A stretch of DNA of 64,000 nt from Oceanispirochaeta sp. (lineage in GTDB: Bacteria > Spirochaetota > Spirochaetia > DSM-2461): assembly GCA_963663385.2 (NCBI GenBank), contig CAXXXD010000002.1, positions 384,001 to 448,000 of the forward strand. The letters are read 5' to 3'. A program made the position numbers and the translations under genes. A model generated the notes under the pieces. That model was not told the DNA's origin. It worked only from the letters and a program-made list of their open reading frames with translations, and searched no databases. Shown piece after piece: positions 1 to 10,065 of this stretch (positions are counted from its first letter, which is position 1; the number at the start of each line of letters is the position of its first letter).

Positions 1-2
1 CC

Positions 3-323
3 GCTTATGACTATCTGTACGACGCCCATACCCGTGTGGATCTAATCTATGGGAGCCTGTCGAAAAAGGCCCAGGCGATCCTGGATATAGTATGTTCCCT
101 GTTCCTGTTTTTTCCATTGATGATTTTTATGCTCAAGCTTGCCACCGAGTGGGCTTTGAAGGCATGGAAGATCAATGAGGTAATGTTTACAAGTTTCTGG
201 TATCCCCCGGCAGCTCCCTACCGGACTGTCTTTGCAATCGGTCTGCTGCTGCTGATTCTTCAGGGAGTCGCCAGATTTGTCAGAGATTTCTATTATGTGA
301 TAAAGGGTGAAACCATTGATTGA
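3..323 (+). CDS. dctQ: TRAP transporter small permease subunit (5'-truncated by window edge)
   Basis: Frame is open from position 3 (AYDYLYDAHTRVDL, matching the DctQ H-x-R-V-D motif); hydrophobic helices; directly upstream of DctM. Confidence 0.85.
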   Translation, partial: AYDYLYDAHTRVDLIYGSLSKKAQAILDIVCSLFLFFPLMIFMLKLATEWALKAWKINEVMFTSFWYPPAAPYRTVFAIGLLLLILQGVARFVRDFYYVIKGETID

Positions 324-1662
324 ATTAAGCGCGGAATTCGTTACATTTTTAATGCTTGGCGGAGTCTTTACTCTTGTTCTGACAGGGTTCCCCATCGCAT
401 TTGTTATCGGCAGTGTCGCCCTTATTGTGGGGACGGTAATCTTTGGTCCTGATACGGCTTTTCATATTATGTACAGCCGCTTCTATGGGCTCTCTTTGAA
501 TTATCCGTATCTGGCAGTTCCTCTTTTTACCTTTATGGGGGTTATACTGCAGCACTCGGGGATTACCAGGGATCTGTACGACAGTTTGTATGAGTCTCTG
601 GGAGACCTGAAAGGGGGGCTGGCCGTTGTTACTGTCATTTTCGGTACCATTCTGGCTGCCTGTCTGGGTGTTATCGCCGCGTCGGTTACCATCCTGACGC
701 TGATCGCTCTGGGGCCCATGATAACCCGAGGGTACAGCAAACCCCTGGCTGCCGGTACTATTGTGGCATCGGGAACACTGGGTATTCTCATACCCCCCAG
801 TATTATGCTGGTAGTTTATGCTCCCCAGGCCGGGCTTTCTATCGGACAGATGTTTATGGGAGCCGTATTCCCCGGGCTGATCCTTTCTGCCCTGTATGTT
901 GTATACATCATTGTTATCTGCAAAATTAAACCGGAAATGGGGCCTTCCATCCCCAAAGAGGAGAGAACTCCCTTTTCCATGCAGAAGCTGATACATCTTC
1001 TGAAATCCATGGTACCTCCCGTTCTTCTGATTCTGGCTGTACTGGGAACAATCTTCTCCGGTATCGCACCACCTACTGAGGCGGCCGCTGTGGGAAGTCT
1101 GGCGGCAATTGCACTGGCCATTGTCTACAGGAAGTTCAGCTGGAAGCTGATTAAACATGCTTCTCTTGAAACCCTGAAAGTCAGCGCTTTTGTTGTAATG
1201 ATCGCCGCCCTCTGTTATGCCTTTGTCGGTGTCTTTATGAGCGCTGGATCGGGAGATGTTGTTACTGATCTGATCATGTCTGTTCCGGGAGGACCCTGGG
1301 CTTCTTTTACGGTTATTATGCTGATTGTTTTCCTTCTGGGTATGTTTATCGAATGGATTGGTATTGTGTTTATCATTGTACCTATCTTCTCTCCCATACT
1401 TGTCCAGCTGGGATTCAATCCCCTCTGGGCGGGAATGATGATATGTATCAATCTGCAGATGGCCTTTCAGACACCGCCCATGGCTATGTCCATTTTTGTT
1501 CTGAAGGGAACAGCCGATCCGAAACTCGGTTTGACCATGGCAGATATTATAAGGGGTGTTATTCCCTTTATCCTTATTATCATGCTAACCCTTGTGCTCT
1601 GTATGATCTTCCCCGAGATTATCACATGGCTGCCTGAAAAGATGATCGGCCCAACCCACTGA
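307..1662 (+). CDS. dctM: TRAP transporter large permease subunit
   Basis: Polytopic membrane protein with AVPLFTFMG, GTLGILIPPS, PTEAAA and TPP motifs; true start may be TTG at 316. Confidence 0.93.
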   Translation: MKPLIELSAEFVTFLMLGGVFTLVLTGFPIAFVIGSVALIVGTVIFGPDTAFHIMYSRFYGLSLNYPYLAVPLFTFMGVILQHSGITRDLYDSLYESLGDLKGGLAVVTVIFGTILAACLGVIAASVTILTLIALGPMITRGYSKPLAAGTIVASGTLGILIPPSIMLVVYAPQAGLSIGQMFMGAVFPGLILSALYVVYIIVICKIKPEMGPSIPKEERTPFSMQKLIHLLKSMVPPVLLILAVLGTIFSGIAPPTEAAAVGSLAAIALAIVYRKFSWKLIKHASLETLKVSAFVVMIAALCYAFVGVFMSAGSGDVVTDLIMSVPGGPWASFTVIMLIVFLLGMFIEWIGIVFIIVPIFSPILVQLGFNPLWAGMMICINLQMAFQTPPMAMSIFVLKGTADPKLGLTMADIIRGVIPFILIIMLTLVLCMIFPEIITWLPEKMIGPTH

Positions 1663-1670
1663 TTTTAAAT

Positions 1671-1700
1671 AAGGGGATCCTTCCGGGGATCCCCTTTTCT
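1671..1700. terminator. Intrinsic terminator, likely bidirectional, between dctM and peroxiredoxin
   Basis: AAGGGGATCC-ttccgg-GGATCCCCTT hairpin followed by a T-run, between convergent genes. Confidence 0.8.
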
Positions 1701-1722
1701 TTAGTTCTGGCAGGATAAAACC

Positions 1723-2367
1723 CTACAATTCCTTATGACAGAACCACCAGTCGTAGCCTTCGTACTTTTTCAGCCTTTCGGATGCTTCCTTCTGGCTGGA
1801 GGGGGGAGGTATAATAACCCGGTCGCCGATCAGTTCGTTGTTCGGCCAGTTGGCCGGTACGGCTACTCCATTCTTGTCGGAGACGATGAGGGCTTTTACA
1901 GCTCTGACAACTTCATCCATGTTCCTCCCGATCTCCTGGGGATAGTAGAGAACCAGGCGGTTTTTCCCTTCCGGATCTATAACAAAAACCGCCCTGACCG
2001 TATTGGTTCCTTTTCCCGGATGGAGCATTCCCAGTTTCAGGGCAATTGAATCGTTGGCTGCAATAATGGGGAAGGTGATTTCCACATCCAGTTTCTCTTT
2101 AATCCACTCAACCCACTTAATATGGCTGAAAACCTGGTCGATAGACATCCCTATCAGTTTTACACCCATATCCTCCAGCTCTTTGGCTTTCTTCTGGAAA
2201 CCCACAAATTCAGTTGTGCAAACAGGTGTAAAATCTGCGGGGTGGCTGAAAAGGACAAACCATTTGCCTTTCATATCAACGGGAAGTTTCATGGGGCCGT
2301 GTGTTGTGTTCACAGTCATTTCGGGGAATGCATCTCCCAGAAGGGGCATGTTCAGTTTTTCTTCCAT
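1723..2367 (-). CDS. Peroxiredoxin (Prx6/archaeal-like subfamily)
   Basis: [14 protein letters not shown] peroxidatic motif, YP-x-x-IGRN, C-terminal WWFC; GGAGA RBS. Confidence 0.93.
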   Translation of the reverse strand: MEEKLNMPLLGDAFPEMTVNTTHGPMKLPVDMKGKWFVLFSHPADFTPVCTTEFVGFQKKAKELEDMGVKLIGMSIDQVFSHIKWVEWIKEKLDVEITFPIIAANDSIALKLGMLHPGKGTNTVRAVFVIDPEGKNRLVLYYPQEIGRNMDEVVRAVKALIVSDKNGVAVPANWPNNELIGDRVIIPPPSSQKEASERLKKYEGYDWWFCHKEL

Positions 2368-2418
2368 TTTTCTTATCTCCTAAAAAATTATTTGTTTAGT
2401 CATTTCAGTACTCTTAAC

Positions 2419-2434
2419 TGCAGCATTCGTGCCA
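2419..2434 (-). promoter_or_regulatory. Sigma54 (-24/-12) promoter of the peroxiredoxin gene
   Basis: Minus strand reads TGGCACGAATGCTGCA with canonical GG-N10-GC spacing, ~50 nt upstream of the ATG; sigma54 activator gene is adjacent. Confidence 0.8.
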
Positions 2435-2589
2435 AAAATAATAGACTGAGGCGCATATAGGTATGAAACAGTGCGGGAACTTGATGTAATTGCCTGATTT
2501 GTAAACAAATAAAAAAATAAGTATTTTCTTTGATGTATTGATAAAAGATATTTTATTTATAGGAAGAACCGGATTAAATCTTGTAGCAT

Positions 2590-2642
2590 ACCGATATATC
2601 GGTTATTGTATAGCGAAATATCGGTGATACTGAAATATCGGT
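2590..2642. promoter_or_regulatory. Three candidate enhancer sites for the sigma54 activator
   Basis: ACCGATATATCGGT (perfect palindrome, 2590-2603), GCGAAATATCGGT (2613-2625), CTGAAATATCGGT (2630-2642). Confidence 0.6.
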
Positions 2643-2664
2643 GGATGACGGGAGGTGGTGAATA

Positions 2665-4137
2665 ATGGATATTCCCCTGCTTAAGGGTGACTCGGTGGAA
2701 GAACTGCTGGATATTATCCTTAAGGCTTTAAATGATCTGGTTGAGTATGAGCTGGCGGTTATATTGAAGCTTCAGGATAGGCAGACGCTGGCCGTTCAAA
2801 AAGCAAGCGGGCCCCTTTCGAATAAAGAGATCGAGCATTTTAAGATAGACCTTTCCTCCCGCCGGGATATTGCTGATATGATCGCCCGGAGGGAGCCCTA
2901 TCTTTTTCCTGAAGAGGAAGATCATGTAGATACCTATCAGGAGGTATTGGATATGCCCGACGGGCACTCCTGTCTGGTGGCTCCCCTTTATTTCAAAGAG
3001 ACTCCCGTGGGAATGCTGACTCTGGACCATCGGGTCTGCCGGAAATATTCTCCGGGGATTGTCCGTTTTATAGCCTCAATCTCCAAGCTGATTTCCATTA
3101 TTCTGACCCAGGGGGACACCTCCCGGTATCTGCTGGAGCAGCAGCGGCTGTTAACCGAAGAGCGTAACAGGCTTCTCCGGTTTGAAGAAGGACCGTTCCG
3201 GGATGTGATCGGAAGATCTCCCCGCTGGCAGGCGGCCATGGAATCAGTCAAGACCGTAGCGGGATCGAATCTGGCTGTTCTGATTCAGGGAGAAACCGGG
3301 ACCGGAAAGGAGGAGGCTGCCAGGTTGATTCACAGGCTCAGTTCCCGGAAGGATGGCCCTTTTATCGCTCTCAACTGTTCCGCTCTCTCTTCGGGTCTTA
3401 CGGAAAGTGAGCTTTTCGGGCATGAGAAAGGGGCTTTTACCGGGGCAACCGGTCGAAGGAAAGGGCGGTTTGAGCTGGCCCACGGGGGAACCCTTTTTCT
3501 TGATGAAATAGGCGACCTGCCGGCGGATCTGCAGCCTAAACTGCTCCGGGCCCTGCAGGAAGGGGTGTTCGAGAGGGTCGGAGGGGAAGATCCGGTCCAC
3601 TCGGATGTCCGTATTATTGCGGCTACCCATGTGGATCTGCGTAAGGCGGTGGAAAAGAGGTTATTCCGTGAGGATCTGTACTACAGGCTGAATGTATTCC
3701 CCATATTCCTCCCGCCTCTGCGGGAGCGGGGAGAGGATGTTCTGCTATTATCGGAGCATTTCATCAATAAGCTGAAAAAAGGGGAGGACTACCCGCAGCT
3801 GAAGCTGGACACGGGAGTTGCCGATGATCTTGTCTCCTACGACTGGCCGGGAAACGTTCGTCAGCTCTATAACTTTATCCGTCGGGCCGCTCTTGTTTCG
3901 GGTGGATCGGTTATTAAGCGGGAACACCTTTTTCCTGGGGATATTGTTTTTTCCGTCCCCCGGCTGGATGCAGAACCTATTGTGACTCTGGACAGGGCTG
4001 TGTACCGGCATATCAGGATGGCTCTGGAGCGCTGCCAGGGGAAAATTTACGGTACCGGGGGAGCTGCCGAGTTACTGGGACTTAAACCTTCGACCCTGCA
4101 GAGTAAAATGAAGAAGCTGGGGATTGTACGAAAATAA
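2665..4137 (+). CDS. Sigma54-dependent activator, GAF-AAA+-HTH (NorR/FhlA-like)
   Basis: GETGTGKE Walker A, ESELFGHEKGAFTGA, LFLDEIG, FREDLYYRL, WPGNVR; N-terminal GAF containing DTY...HSC; C-terminal HTH. Confidence 0.92.
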   Translation: MDIPLLKGDSVEELLDIILKALNDLVEYELAVILKLQDRQTLAVQKASGPLSNKEIEHFKIDLSSRRDIADMIARREPYLFPEEEDHVDTYQEVLDMPDGHSCLVAPLYFKETPVGMLTLDHRVCRKYSPGIVRFIASISKLISIILTQGDTSRYLLEQQRLLTEERNRLLRFEEGPFRDVIGRSPRWQAAMESVKTVAGSNLAVLIQGETGTGKEEAARLIHRLSSRKDGPFIALNCSALSSGLTESELFGHEKGAFTGATGRRKGRFELAHGGTLFLDEIGDLPADLQPKLLRALQEGVFERVGGEDPVHSDVRIIAATHVDLRKAVEKRLFREDLYYRLNVFPIFLPPLRERGEDVLLLSEHFINKLKKGEDYPQLKLDTGVADDLVSYDWPGNVRQLYNFIRRAALVSGGSVIKREHLFPGDIVFSVPRLDAEPIVTLDRAVYRHIRMALERCQGKIYGTGGAAELLGLKPSTLQSKMKKLGIVRK

Positions 4138-4142
4138 GCAAT

Positions 4143-4193
4143 TTGACTGATTTCGATTTATTAATTAAAATTAAACTAGTCTGACTAGTCAGA
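4143..4193 (+). promoter_or_regulatory. Sigma70 promoter and palindromic operator of the toxin-antitoxin operon
   Basis: TTGACT(4143)-17bp-TAAAAT(4166), followed by the perfect palindrome TCTGACTAGTCAGA (4180-4193). Confidence 0.65.
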
Positions 4194-4208
4194 TTTGAGA
4201 GGTGGGTA

Positions 4209-4448
4209 ATGAGAACATGGCAGGTGCAGGAAGCAAAAAGCAAATTCAGTGAGGTTATTAAACTGGCTAACTCTGAATCTCCCCAGAAAATTACAAGGAG
4301 CGGTAAGCCCGTTGCCTATATTATCTCTGCAGAACTATATGAAAAAGAAAATTCTTCCATAAGGAAAGTACTGTTGTCACGGCCGCATAAAGATCTGGAT
4401 CTCGATATCAAACGATCCGATGAATTACCGAGAGATATTGATCTATGA
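4209..4448 (+). CDS. Phd/YefM-family antitoxin
   Basis: WQVQEAKSKFSEVI...PQKITRSGKPVAYIIS pattern; overlaps the toxin start. Confidence 0.9.
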   Translation: MRTWQVQEAKSKFSEVIKLANSESPQKITRSGKPVAYIISAELYEKENSSIRKVLLSRPHKDLDLDIKRSDELPRDIDL

Positions 4449-4864
4449 TGTTTCTGCTGGATACGAATGTTGTCTCCGAACTGATTAAATCCTCTCCTGA
4501 TAATAATGTTCTGGAATGGTTTGAAGCTGTCCCGGAAGAGCATTTACGGCTTTCTGTATTGAGCCTTGGAGAAATCCAGTCCGGTATTGAATACCTTCCG
4601 GAGGGGAAAAAAAGGAACAATCTTATCCTATGGTTTGATCAATTACTGGAGTCATTCAAGTATCAATTACTCCCCGTTGATTCAAAAACAGCCTTAAAGT
4701 GGGGTGAATTGTCAGGTTATTCCAGAAAAAATGGAAAAAAGCTGTCTATTATTGACGGATTAATAGCCTCAACCGCTTACCTTTCCGGTGCCATACTCGT
4801 TACAAGGAATACCAGAGATTTTGAAGGGATTCCCATTCAGGTTCTCAATCCCTGGCTGGCATAA
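4445..4864 (+). CDS. vapC: VapC/PIN-domain toxin
   Basis: LLDTNVVSE, DGLIASTA and LVTRNTRDF PIN-domain motifs. Confidence 0.93.
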   Translation: MMFLLDTNVVSELIKSSPDNNVLEWFEAVPEEHLRLSVLSLGEIQSGIEYLPEGKKRNNLILWFDQLLESFKYQLLPVDSKTALKWGELSGYSRKNGKKLSIIDGLIASTAYLSGAILVTRNTRDFEGIPIQVLNPWLA

Positions 4865-4903
4865 GAACGTTCTTTAGGCAGCATATATAATTCGGTCTAT
4901 TGG

Positions 4904-5065
4904 TCAATCCCGGTTCTCTGTTTTCCGGTCGCAGATCATTTTATGGGTTATTGATTCTGATACTTGCTTTTCCAGCTTTGCAGCAGCAAATACAGGCTGC
5001 CCTGCGGCAAATACCAGAATATTTAATAAAACCAAAACCATAAGAACTGCTATGGACTGTTTCAT
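4904..5065 (-). CDS. Small (53 aa) exported or membrane protein, below the ORF-track cutoff
   Basis: Own translation: MKQSIAVLMVLVLLNILVFAAGQPVFAAAKLEKQVSESITHKMICDRKTENRD; GGAGGA RBS upstream; signal-peptide-like N-terminus. Confidence 0.6.
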   Translation of the reverse strand: MKQSIAVLMVLVLLNILVFAAGQPVFAAAKLEKQVSESITHKMICDRKTENRD

Positions 5066-5158
5066 GGGATAATCCTCCCTGTCTGATAGTATATAGTCAT
5101 TAAGCCAGAGAATTATTCTATTCTGTTTCAGGTTCTGTTTTGTTTCTGTTAATTCTGT

Positions 5159-6070
5159 CTATTCCGCGGACAGAATATCCCCCGGCACAAAACTCATGGC
5201 ATTCCGCCTGGCAAATTCTTCCGCTTTCTGTACGGCCTCTTCAATTCCTTTTCCCTTAGACAGTTCTGCCGCCAGTCCCGCTGTATAGGCATCACCGCAT
5301 CCTATGGGATTCACCCGGTTTTTCAGCGGTTCAGGCTGACTGCGGAAAATCTTCCCCCTGTAGCAGATAAGGGTGGGCCCTGTTCCGTTTGTCAGGATGA
5401 CGGATGTTTTCCAGTGACCGTAAAGACCCAGCATGGCCCCTTCCAGCCGGGCTTCGGGTACTTCGTGATAGTTCTCTCCGGGAAGAAAGGTCTGGCAGAA
5501 TTCCTCTCTGTTGGGTTTGATCAGATCCGGTCCGAATTTCAGGCACTCCTTCAGTTCTTCCCCTCTTATATCGAGGATCAGAAATTTACCGGCATTTTTG
5601 GCCCGGCGGCTCATTTCCGGGTAAACCGATGAGGAGAACCCTTCCGCATGGGAACCGGATATAACTACCATGGAGGCTGCCGGCAGCAGCCTGGCATAGG
5701 CTTCCATTACCTCATTTTCCGCTTCGGGAGGGACCGTCTGTCCCTGTTCCACAATCTCTGTTGCTGTACCGCTTTTCCGGTCCAGCAGGGTATAGCAGCC
5801 ACGGACCGGAGTCGAACTGGCAATAAACTCGATAGGAAGGTTCTTTTCCTTTGCTGTTTTATAGAAAGCCCCCTCCGGTGCATCGGCAAAGCTCAGGTGT
5901 TTAACCGGTAAACCGGCCTGATGCAGTACCTGGGTTACATTGAACCCTTTACCTGCACAGCTTGAAGTATATTCTCTGCTCCGATTCACCTCTCCCGTCT
6001 TCAGTTCCGGAAAGGATAGTGTCGTCTGCCAGACAGGGTTTAATCCGATAGTCAGAATATAGGGGCTCAC
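5159..6070 (-). CDS. PfkB-family sugar-phosphate kinase (1-phosphofructokinase/LacC-like)
   Basis: GKGFNV, IKPNREE and NPIGCGDAYTAG motifs. Confidence 0.85.
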   Translation of the reverse strand: MSPYILTIGLNPVWQTTLSFPELKTGEVNRSREYTSSCAGKGFNVTQVLHQAGLPVKHLSFADAPEGAFYKTAKEKNLPIEFIASSTPVRGCYTLLDRKSGTATEIVEQGQTVPPEAENEVMEAYARLLPAASMVVISGSHAEGFSSSVYPEMSRRAKNAGKFLILDIRGEELKECLKFGPDLIKPNREEFCQTFLPGENYHEVPEARLEGAMLGLYGHWKTSVILTNGTGPTLICYRGKIFRSQPEPLKNRVNPIGCGDAYTAGLAAELSKGKGIEEAVQKAEEFARRNAMSFVPGDILSAE

Positions 6071-6304
6071 TCATTATCTCCTTGAATTAACATTAATAAC
6101 CTGGTTAATTATCTGCAGTTTAATATTATAGCGAGAGTTCGCCTTTCATGCCACAAATACCGTCATTCAGGTCTTTCTTATGTAAGGATACCCTCTTTAT
6201 CAGTATGATAGCCAGAATCCGGTATTCCCGGCTATCAAATTATTAAAAAGGCTCTATAATGGCATATGCTCCGCAATAATTTTCAGGAGTAAAAGGAACA
6301 AAAT

Positions 6305-6550
6305 ATGGCATCTAAAGCAGAGACTCTGAAGAATACAATTACCGAGGCAATCAAGGCGGAAGATCCTTCCGTTATTATGAATTTTGTACTGATCAGTGTA
6401 GTGAAAAAAGGCGGTTTCTTTTCTTCCGCTCTGGAAGTTCAGATCAGCGGACGGGTTGAACGCGAAAGCGACCTTGAAAAAATCAATGATATTGCCAGAA
6501 AAACGGCCGGTGATATCCCTGTAAAAAGTACCCTCAGGTTCAAAGCCTGA
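6305..6550 (+). CDS. Small hypothetical protein, BON-domain-like
   Basis: AAGGA RBS; VQISGRV...DLEKINDIA...VKSTL resembles a BON domain; followed by a hairpin at ~6577-6596. Confidence 0.55.
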   Translation: MASKAETLKNTITEAIKAEDPSVIMNFVLISVVKKGGFFSSALEVQISGRVERESDLEKINDIARKTAGDIPVKSTLRFKA

Positions 6551-6691
6551 TTCAGTCCTTTATTTGAATTGATGGAGTATCCCTTTTATGGGATACCTGT
6601 CAATTTACTCTCCCTGTTAACTGATCCTTTTTTTGAAATCGAACGGATTCTCACTGATACTTTATTGTTAGAATAACATCAGGAGATACGC

Positions 6692-8656
6692 ATGTCTGCT
6701 AAACAGCATAAAATCCAGTTCAAATTAATATCTGCCATTTCTGCCTTAACAGGAGCGGCGATGGTTTTTCTAACGGTTTTTATTCTGAGTCAGTCCATAT
6801 CTGTTTATAAAGACCAGACAATCGAGCGGGTACGGCAGGAAGCCCTTGCCTGTGCCGTTACTTTTCAGGATACGATTAATACTGTAGCCGCCAAAACAAA
6901 TGCTCTTGCCAATATGATTGTTCCCGCCCTGGAAACCCCGTCGCGGAATAACCGGGAAACCCTGAACAGTTATCTGATCGCCTACTTTGAGGACAATGAA
7001 GAACTCATCGCTTTTAATCAGTGGCTTATGATTCCTCCGGGGTATATAGATGAGTATGACAGCCTCGGGAGAACAGAACGGTTTGATGAGTGGTTCCGCC
7101 ATGGCTATCAGTCGCTGAACGGTGCTGTAAATATTCTGGATACCCACAGCCTGGATTACTCCCCCTTTGAGTATGACAGCTGGTTTAATATCCCCTATAA
7201 CGAACAGAAAATGGTTGTGACCGAGCCCTATCACTGGGATTACGGGGGGGACATCGGTAATCAGTTTGTCTCCAGTATCTGTGTTCCTCTTGTATATAAC
7301 GGGCAGAGTATCGGAGTGGGAGGCTATGAGGTAAATATGGGATTGTATCAGGAGGAAGTAGAAGCCATATCACCTTATCCCGGCAGTTATGCCTACCTGA
7401 ATACTGCCGGCGGTACTATTGTGGGTTACAAAAGGGAATTCGCAGGCTTGCCGTTAACAGAAGCCTTCCCTTTTTATGAAGAACTGGATCAGTCATTCAG
7501 TGATATTCCGGAAATAGACGGTTACTGGCATATTTCAACCCCTATGCACATCAATTTTATTGAAGAGCCCTGGGTCTTTACTATTGCTGTACCGGAAAAA
7601 GCAATCATGGCGCCTTTCAACCGTATGGTGATGATCGTTGTTTTTATAATGGCTGCCGTTCTTGTTCTGATCGGTGTTTTTATTTTCTTCTTTACCAGAT
7701 CCATTGCCAGGCCAATCGAAGAGATTGCCGGGCAGGCGGATCAGCTGTCCAGAGGGAATCTCAATCTGACTTTTTCCTTCTCCCGCAGAAACGATGAAAT
7801 TGGATTAACCGGGAAATCCCTGGAACATATGATTCAGAACCTGGAGGGAATAATAAATTCCATACAGGAGACCACTTTTTCAGTAAACAGTAACAGCAGA
7901 CAAATGGCAGACCTTTCCAGTCAGCTCAGTTCCGGTGCATCCGAACAGGCCGCCTCTTCCGAGGAAGTCTCGGCTGCGATGGAGCAGATGGCTGCCAGTA
8001 TTCAGAACAATTCGGATAATGCCTCTCAAACCCTGTCCATGGCAGAAAAGAACTATCAGGATGTGGAAGAGGGGGGAGATGCTGTCCGGCAGACAGTTGA
8101 GGCTATGGATCAGATAGCCGGCAGGATCTCCGTTATCGAAGAAATCAGCCGTCAGACCAATCTGCTTGCTCTTAATGCGGCGATAGAAGCCGCCAGGGCG
8201 GGAGAAGCCGGCAAGGGCTTTGCTGTTGTTGCCAATGAGGTGAGGAAGCTGGCAGAAAGGAGTCAGAAAGCGGCAGCGGAAATTACAGAGTTAAGCAGAA
8301 GCAGTACGGCCGTGGCTTCAAAAGCCGGGGAAATGCTGAAACAGGTAGTGCCCGATATCAAACAGACGACAGAGCTGATACAGGAAATCGCCTCCAGCAG
8401 CCGGGAGCAGAATTCCGGAACCCGGCAGATTAATCAGGCCCTGATGCAGCTGGATCAGACCATACAGCTGAATACCGCTTCGGCAGAAGAGATGAACGGT
8501 TTTTCTCTGGAACTGCAGGAGCAGGCTGCTTCTCTTCTGGAACAGGTCAGTTTTTTTCAGACCGGGGAACAGAAGAGGTTTGAGCAGGTCAGAAAGCGTT
8601 CTCTCCCACAACCGCCAGGGAAGCATTCTGCCCGCCGAAACCAAAGCTGTTTGTGA
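6692..8656 (+). CDS. Methyl-accepting chemotaxis protein (Cache sensor, HAMP, signalling domain)
   Basis: Two TM helices; Cache-type WF...[42 protein letters not shown]. Confidence 0.95.
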   Translation: MSAKQHKIQFKLISAISALTGAAMVFLTVFILSQSISVYKDQTIERVRQEALACAVTFQDTINTVAAKTNALANMIVPALETPSRNNRETLNSYLIAYFEDNEELIAFNQWLMIPPGYIDEYDSLGRTERFDEWFRHGYQSLNGAVNILDTHSLDYSPFEYDSWFNIPYNEQKMVVTEPYHWDYGGDIGNQFVSSICVPLVYNGQSIGVGGYEVNMGLYQEEVEAISPYPGSYAYLNTAGGTIVGYKREFAGLPLTEAFPFYEELDQSFSDIPEIDGYWHISTPMHINFIEEPWVFTIAVPEKAIMAPFNRMVMIVVFIMAAVLVLIGVFIFFFTRSIARPIEEIAGQADQLSRGNLNLTFSFSRRNDEIGLTGKSLEHMIQNLEGIINSIQETTFSVNSNSRQMADLSSQLSSGASEQAASSEEVSAAMEQMAASIQNNSDNASQTLSMAEKNYQDVEEGGDAVRQTVEAMDQIAGRISVIEEISRQTNLLALNAAIEAARAGEAGKGFAVVANEVRKLAERSQKAAAEITELSRSSTAVASKAGEMLKQVVPDIKQTTELIQEIASSSREQNSGTRQINQALMQLDQTIQLNTASAEEMNGFSLELQEQAASLLEQVSFFQTGEQKRFEQVRKRSLPQPPGKHSARRNQSCL

Positions 8657-9848
8657 GAGCCGCACGGACTTTTTCCTCTCTGGCCCTGTTCGGAATGGTG
8701 TCCAGAGGGCATTCCGGATCCGGTAAAAACTGGTTAATCGTGGGAGGAAGCACTCCCTTGTACAAACTGAGGATTGTTGCAGCTGTTTCTATGGCTCCTG
8801 CAGCTCCAAGGGTATGCCCGATCATGGATTTGCTGGAACTGACGGGAATTTTTTTACCCTGTTCTCCAAAAAGGGAAAGGATGGCCCGTGTTTCGGTTCT
8901 GTCATTGGCTGCTGTTGATGTTCCGTGTGCATTGATATAGCCGATTTCACCGGTGGTCAGACCGGAATTCCTTATGGCGATTTCCATGGCTTTAGAGGCC
9001 CATTTCCCTTCTTCATCCGGAGCGGCGATACTGGAGGCATCGGCGGTCATTCCGATCCCGCCGATGACGGCATAAATACGGGCTCCGCGTTTTTCCGCGT
9101 GTGACCTTTTTTCAAGGATCAGAGCACCCGAACCTTCTCCTATGACGAAACCATCCCTGTCTCTGTCAAAGGGTCTGCTGGCTGTGGCGGGGTCATCATT
9201 TCTCTGACTGAGGACTTTCATACAGCTGTAGGCATCCACCACAAGGGGGGTAATGGTGGATTCGGTCCCCCCCGCTACCATCACATCCGCCTGGTCCAGC
9301 TGCAGGATCTGCATGGCTGAGGCAATGGAGTGGATCCCTGTGGCACAGGCCGAAAGGGCGGCGAAATTGGGACCGTGTATTCCCAGTTCAATGGCAACAT
9401 TCCCCGCTGCCATATTGGGAATAATCCGGGGAACCGCCAGAGGGTTCCCCCGTCCGGGACCTTTTTCCGAAAGGATGGCAAACTGTTTTTCCAGTACTTC
9501 GTAGTCTCCCGCGGCAGAACCGACCACACAGCCTACACGCAGCGGATCAATGGTTGATAGATCCAGGGAGGCGTCTTTTACCGCCTCCACGGCAGCGCAA
9601 ACGGCCAGCTGGGAAAATCGGCTCATTTTACGGGCGTTTTTTCTGTCAATATAATTCCCTGCCTGGAAGTCTTTCAGTTCGCAGGCAATTGTGGTTTTAA
9701 AATTCTCCGTGTCAAAAGCCTGTATCCGGGCTGCTCCGGAGGTTCCGGAAATTAATCCTTCCCAGAAAGAGTCCTTATCCAGGCCGATGGGGGTTATGGT
9801 TCCGATTCCTGTTACAACTATATCATTCGGGTTTTTTATTATTTTCAT
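8589..9848 (-). CDS. fabF: Beta-ketoacyl-ACP synthase II
   Basis: SACATG catalytic Cys, [45 protein letters not shown]. Confidence 0.92.
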   Translation of the reverse strand: MKIIKNPNDIVVTGIGTITPIGLDKDSFWEGLISGTSGAARIQAFDTENFKTTIACELKDFQAGNYIDRKNARKMSRFSQLAVCAAVEAVKDASLDLSTIDPLRVGCVVGSAAGDYEVLEKQFAILSEKGPGRGNPLAVPRIIPNMAAGNVAIELGIHGPNFAALSACATGIHSIASAMQILQLDQADVMVAGGTESTITPLVVDAYSCMKVLSQRNDDPATASRPFDRDRDGFVIGEGSGALILEKRSHAEKRGARIYAVIGGIGMTADASSIAAPDEEGKWASKAMEIAIRNSGLTTGEIGYINAHGTSTAANDRTETRAILSLFGEQGKKIPVSSSKSMIGHTLGAAGAIETAATILSLYKGVLPPTINQFLPDPECPLDTIPNRAREEKVRAALTNSFGFGGQNASLAVVGENAF

Positions 9849-10065
9849 GGAAAGCTCCCTCTTTTCTGTTTATTTTTGACATATATGTGATAAATGTCAA
9901 CATTAAATGCCTATATTAGAATTATATGAGTCCGGAGAGTATTTCGGACTTGAAAAAACAGTCTCTCTTTCTTAAAATTTAACGTGAGTGGTTTGATTGT
10001 AAAACCTCTCTTTAATTTAAACAGTGAAATAAACGGGATCCGGATTCCTTCAAGACTCCAATCCG

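Noticed and set aside
6260..6275. Second sigma54 promoter (TGGCATATGCTCCGCA) before the BON-like gene
   Set aside because: Spacing is right but the -12 element is poor, and it overlaps a perfect TATAAT, so a sigma70 promoter is equally likely.
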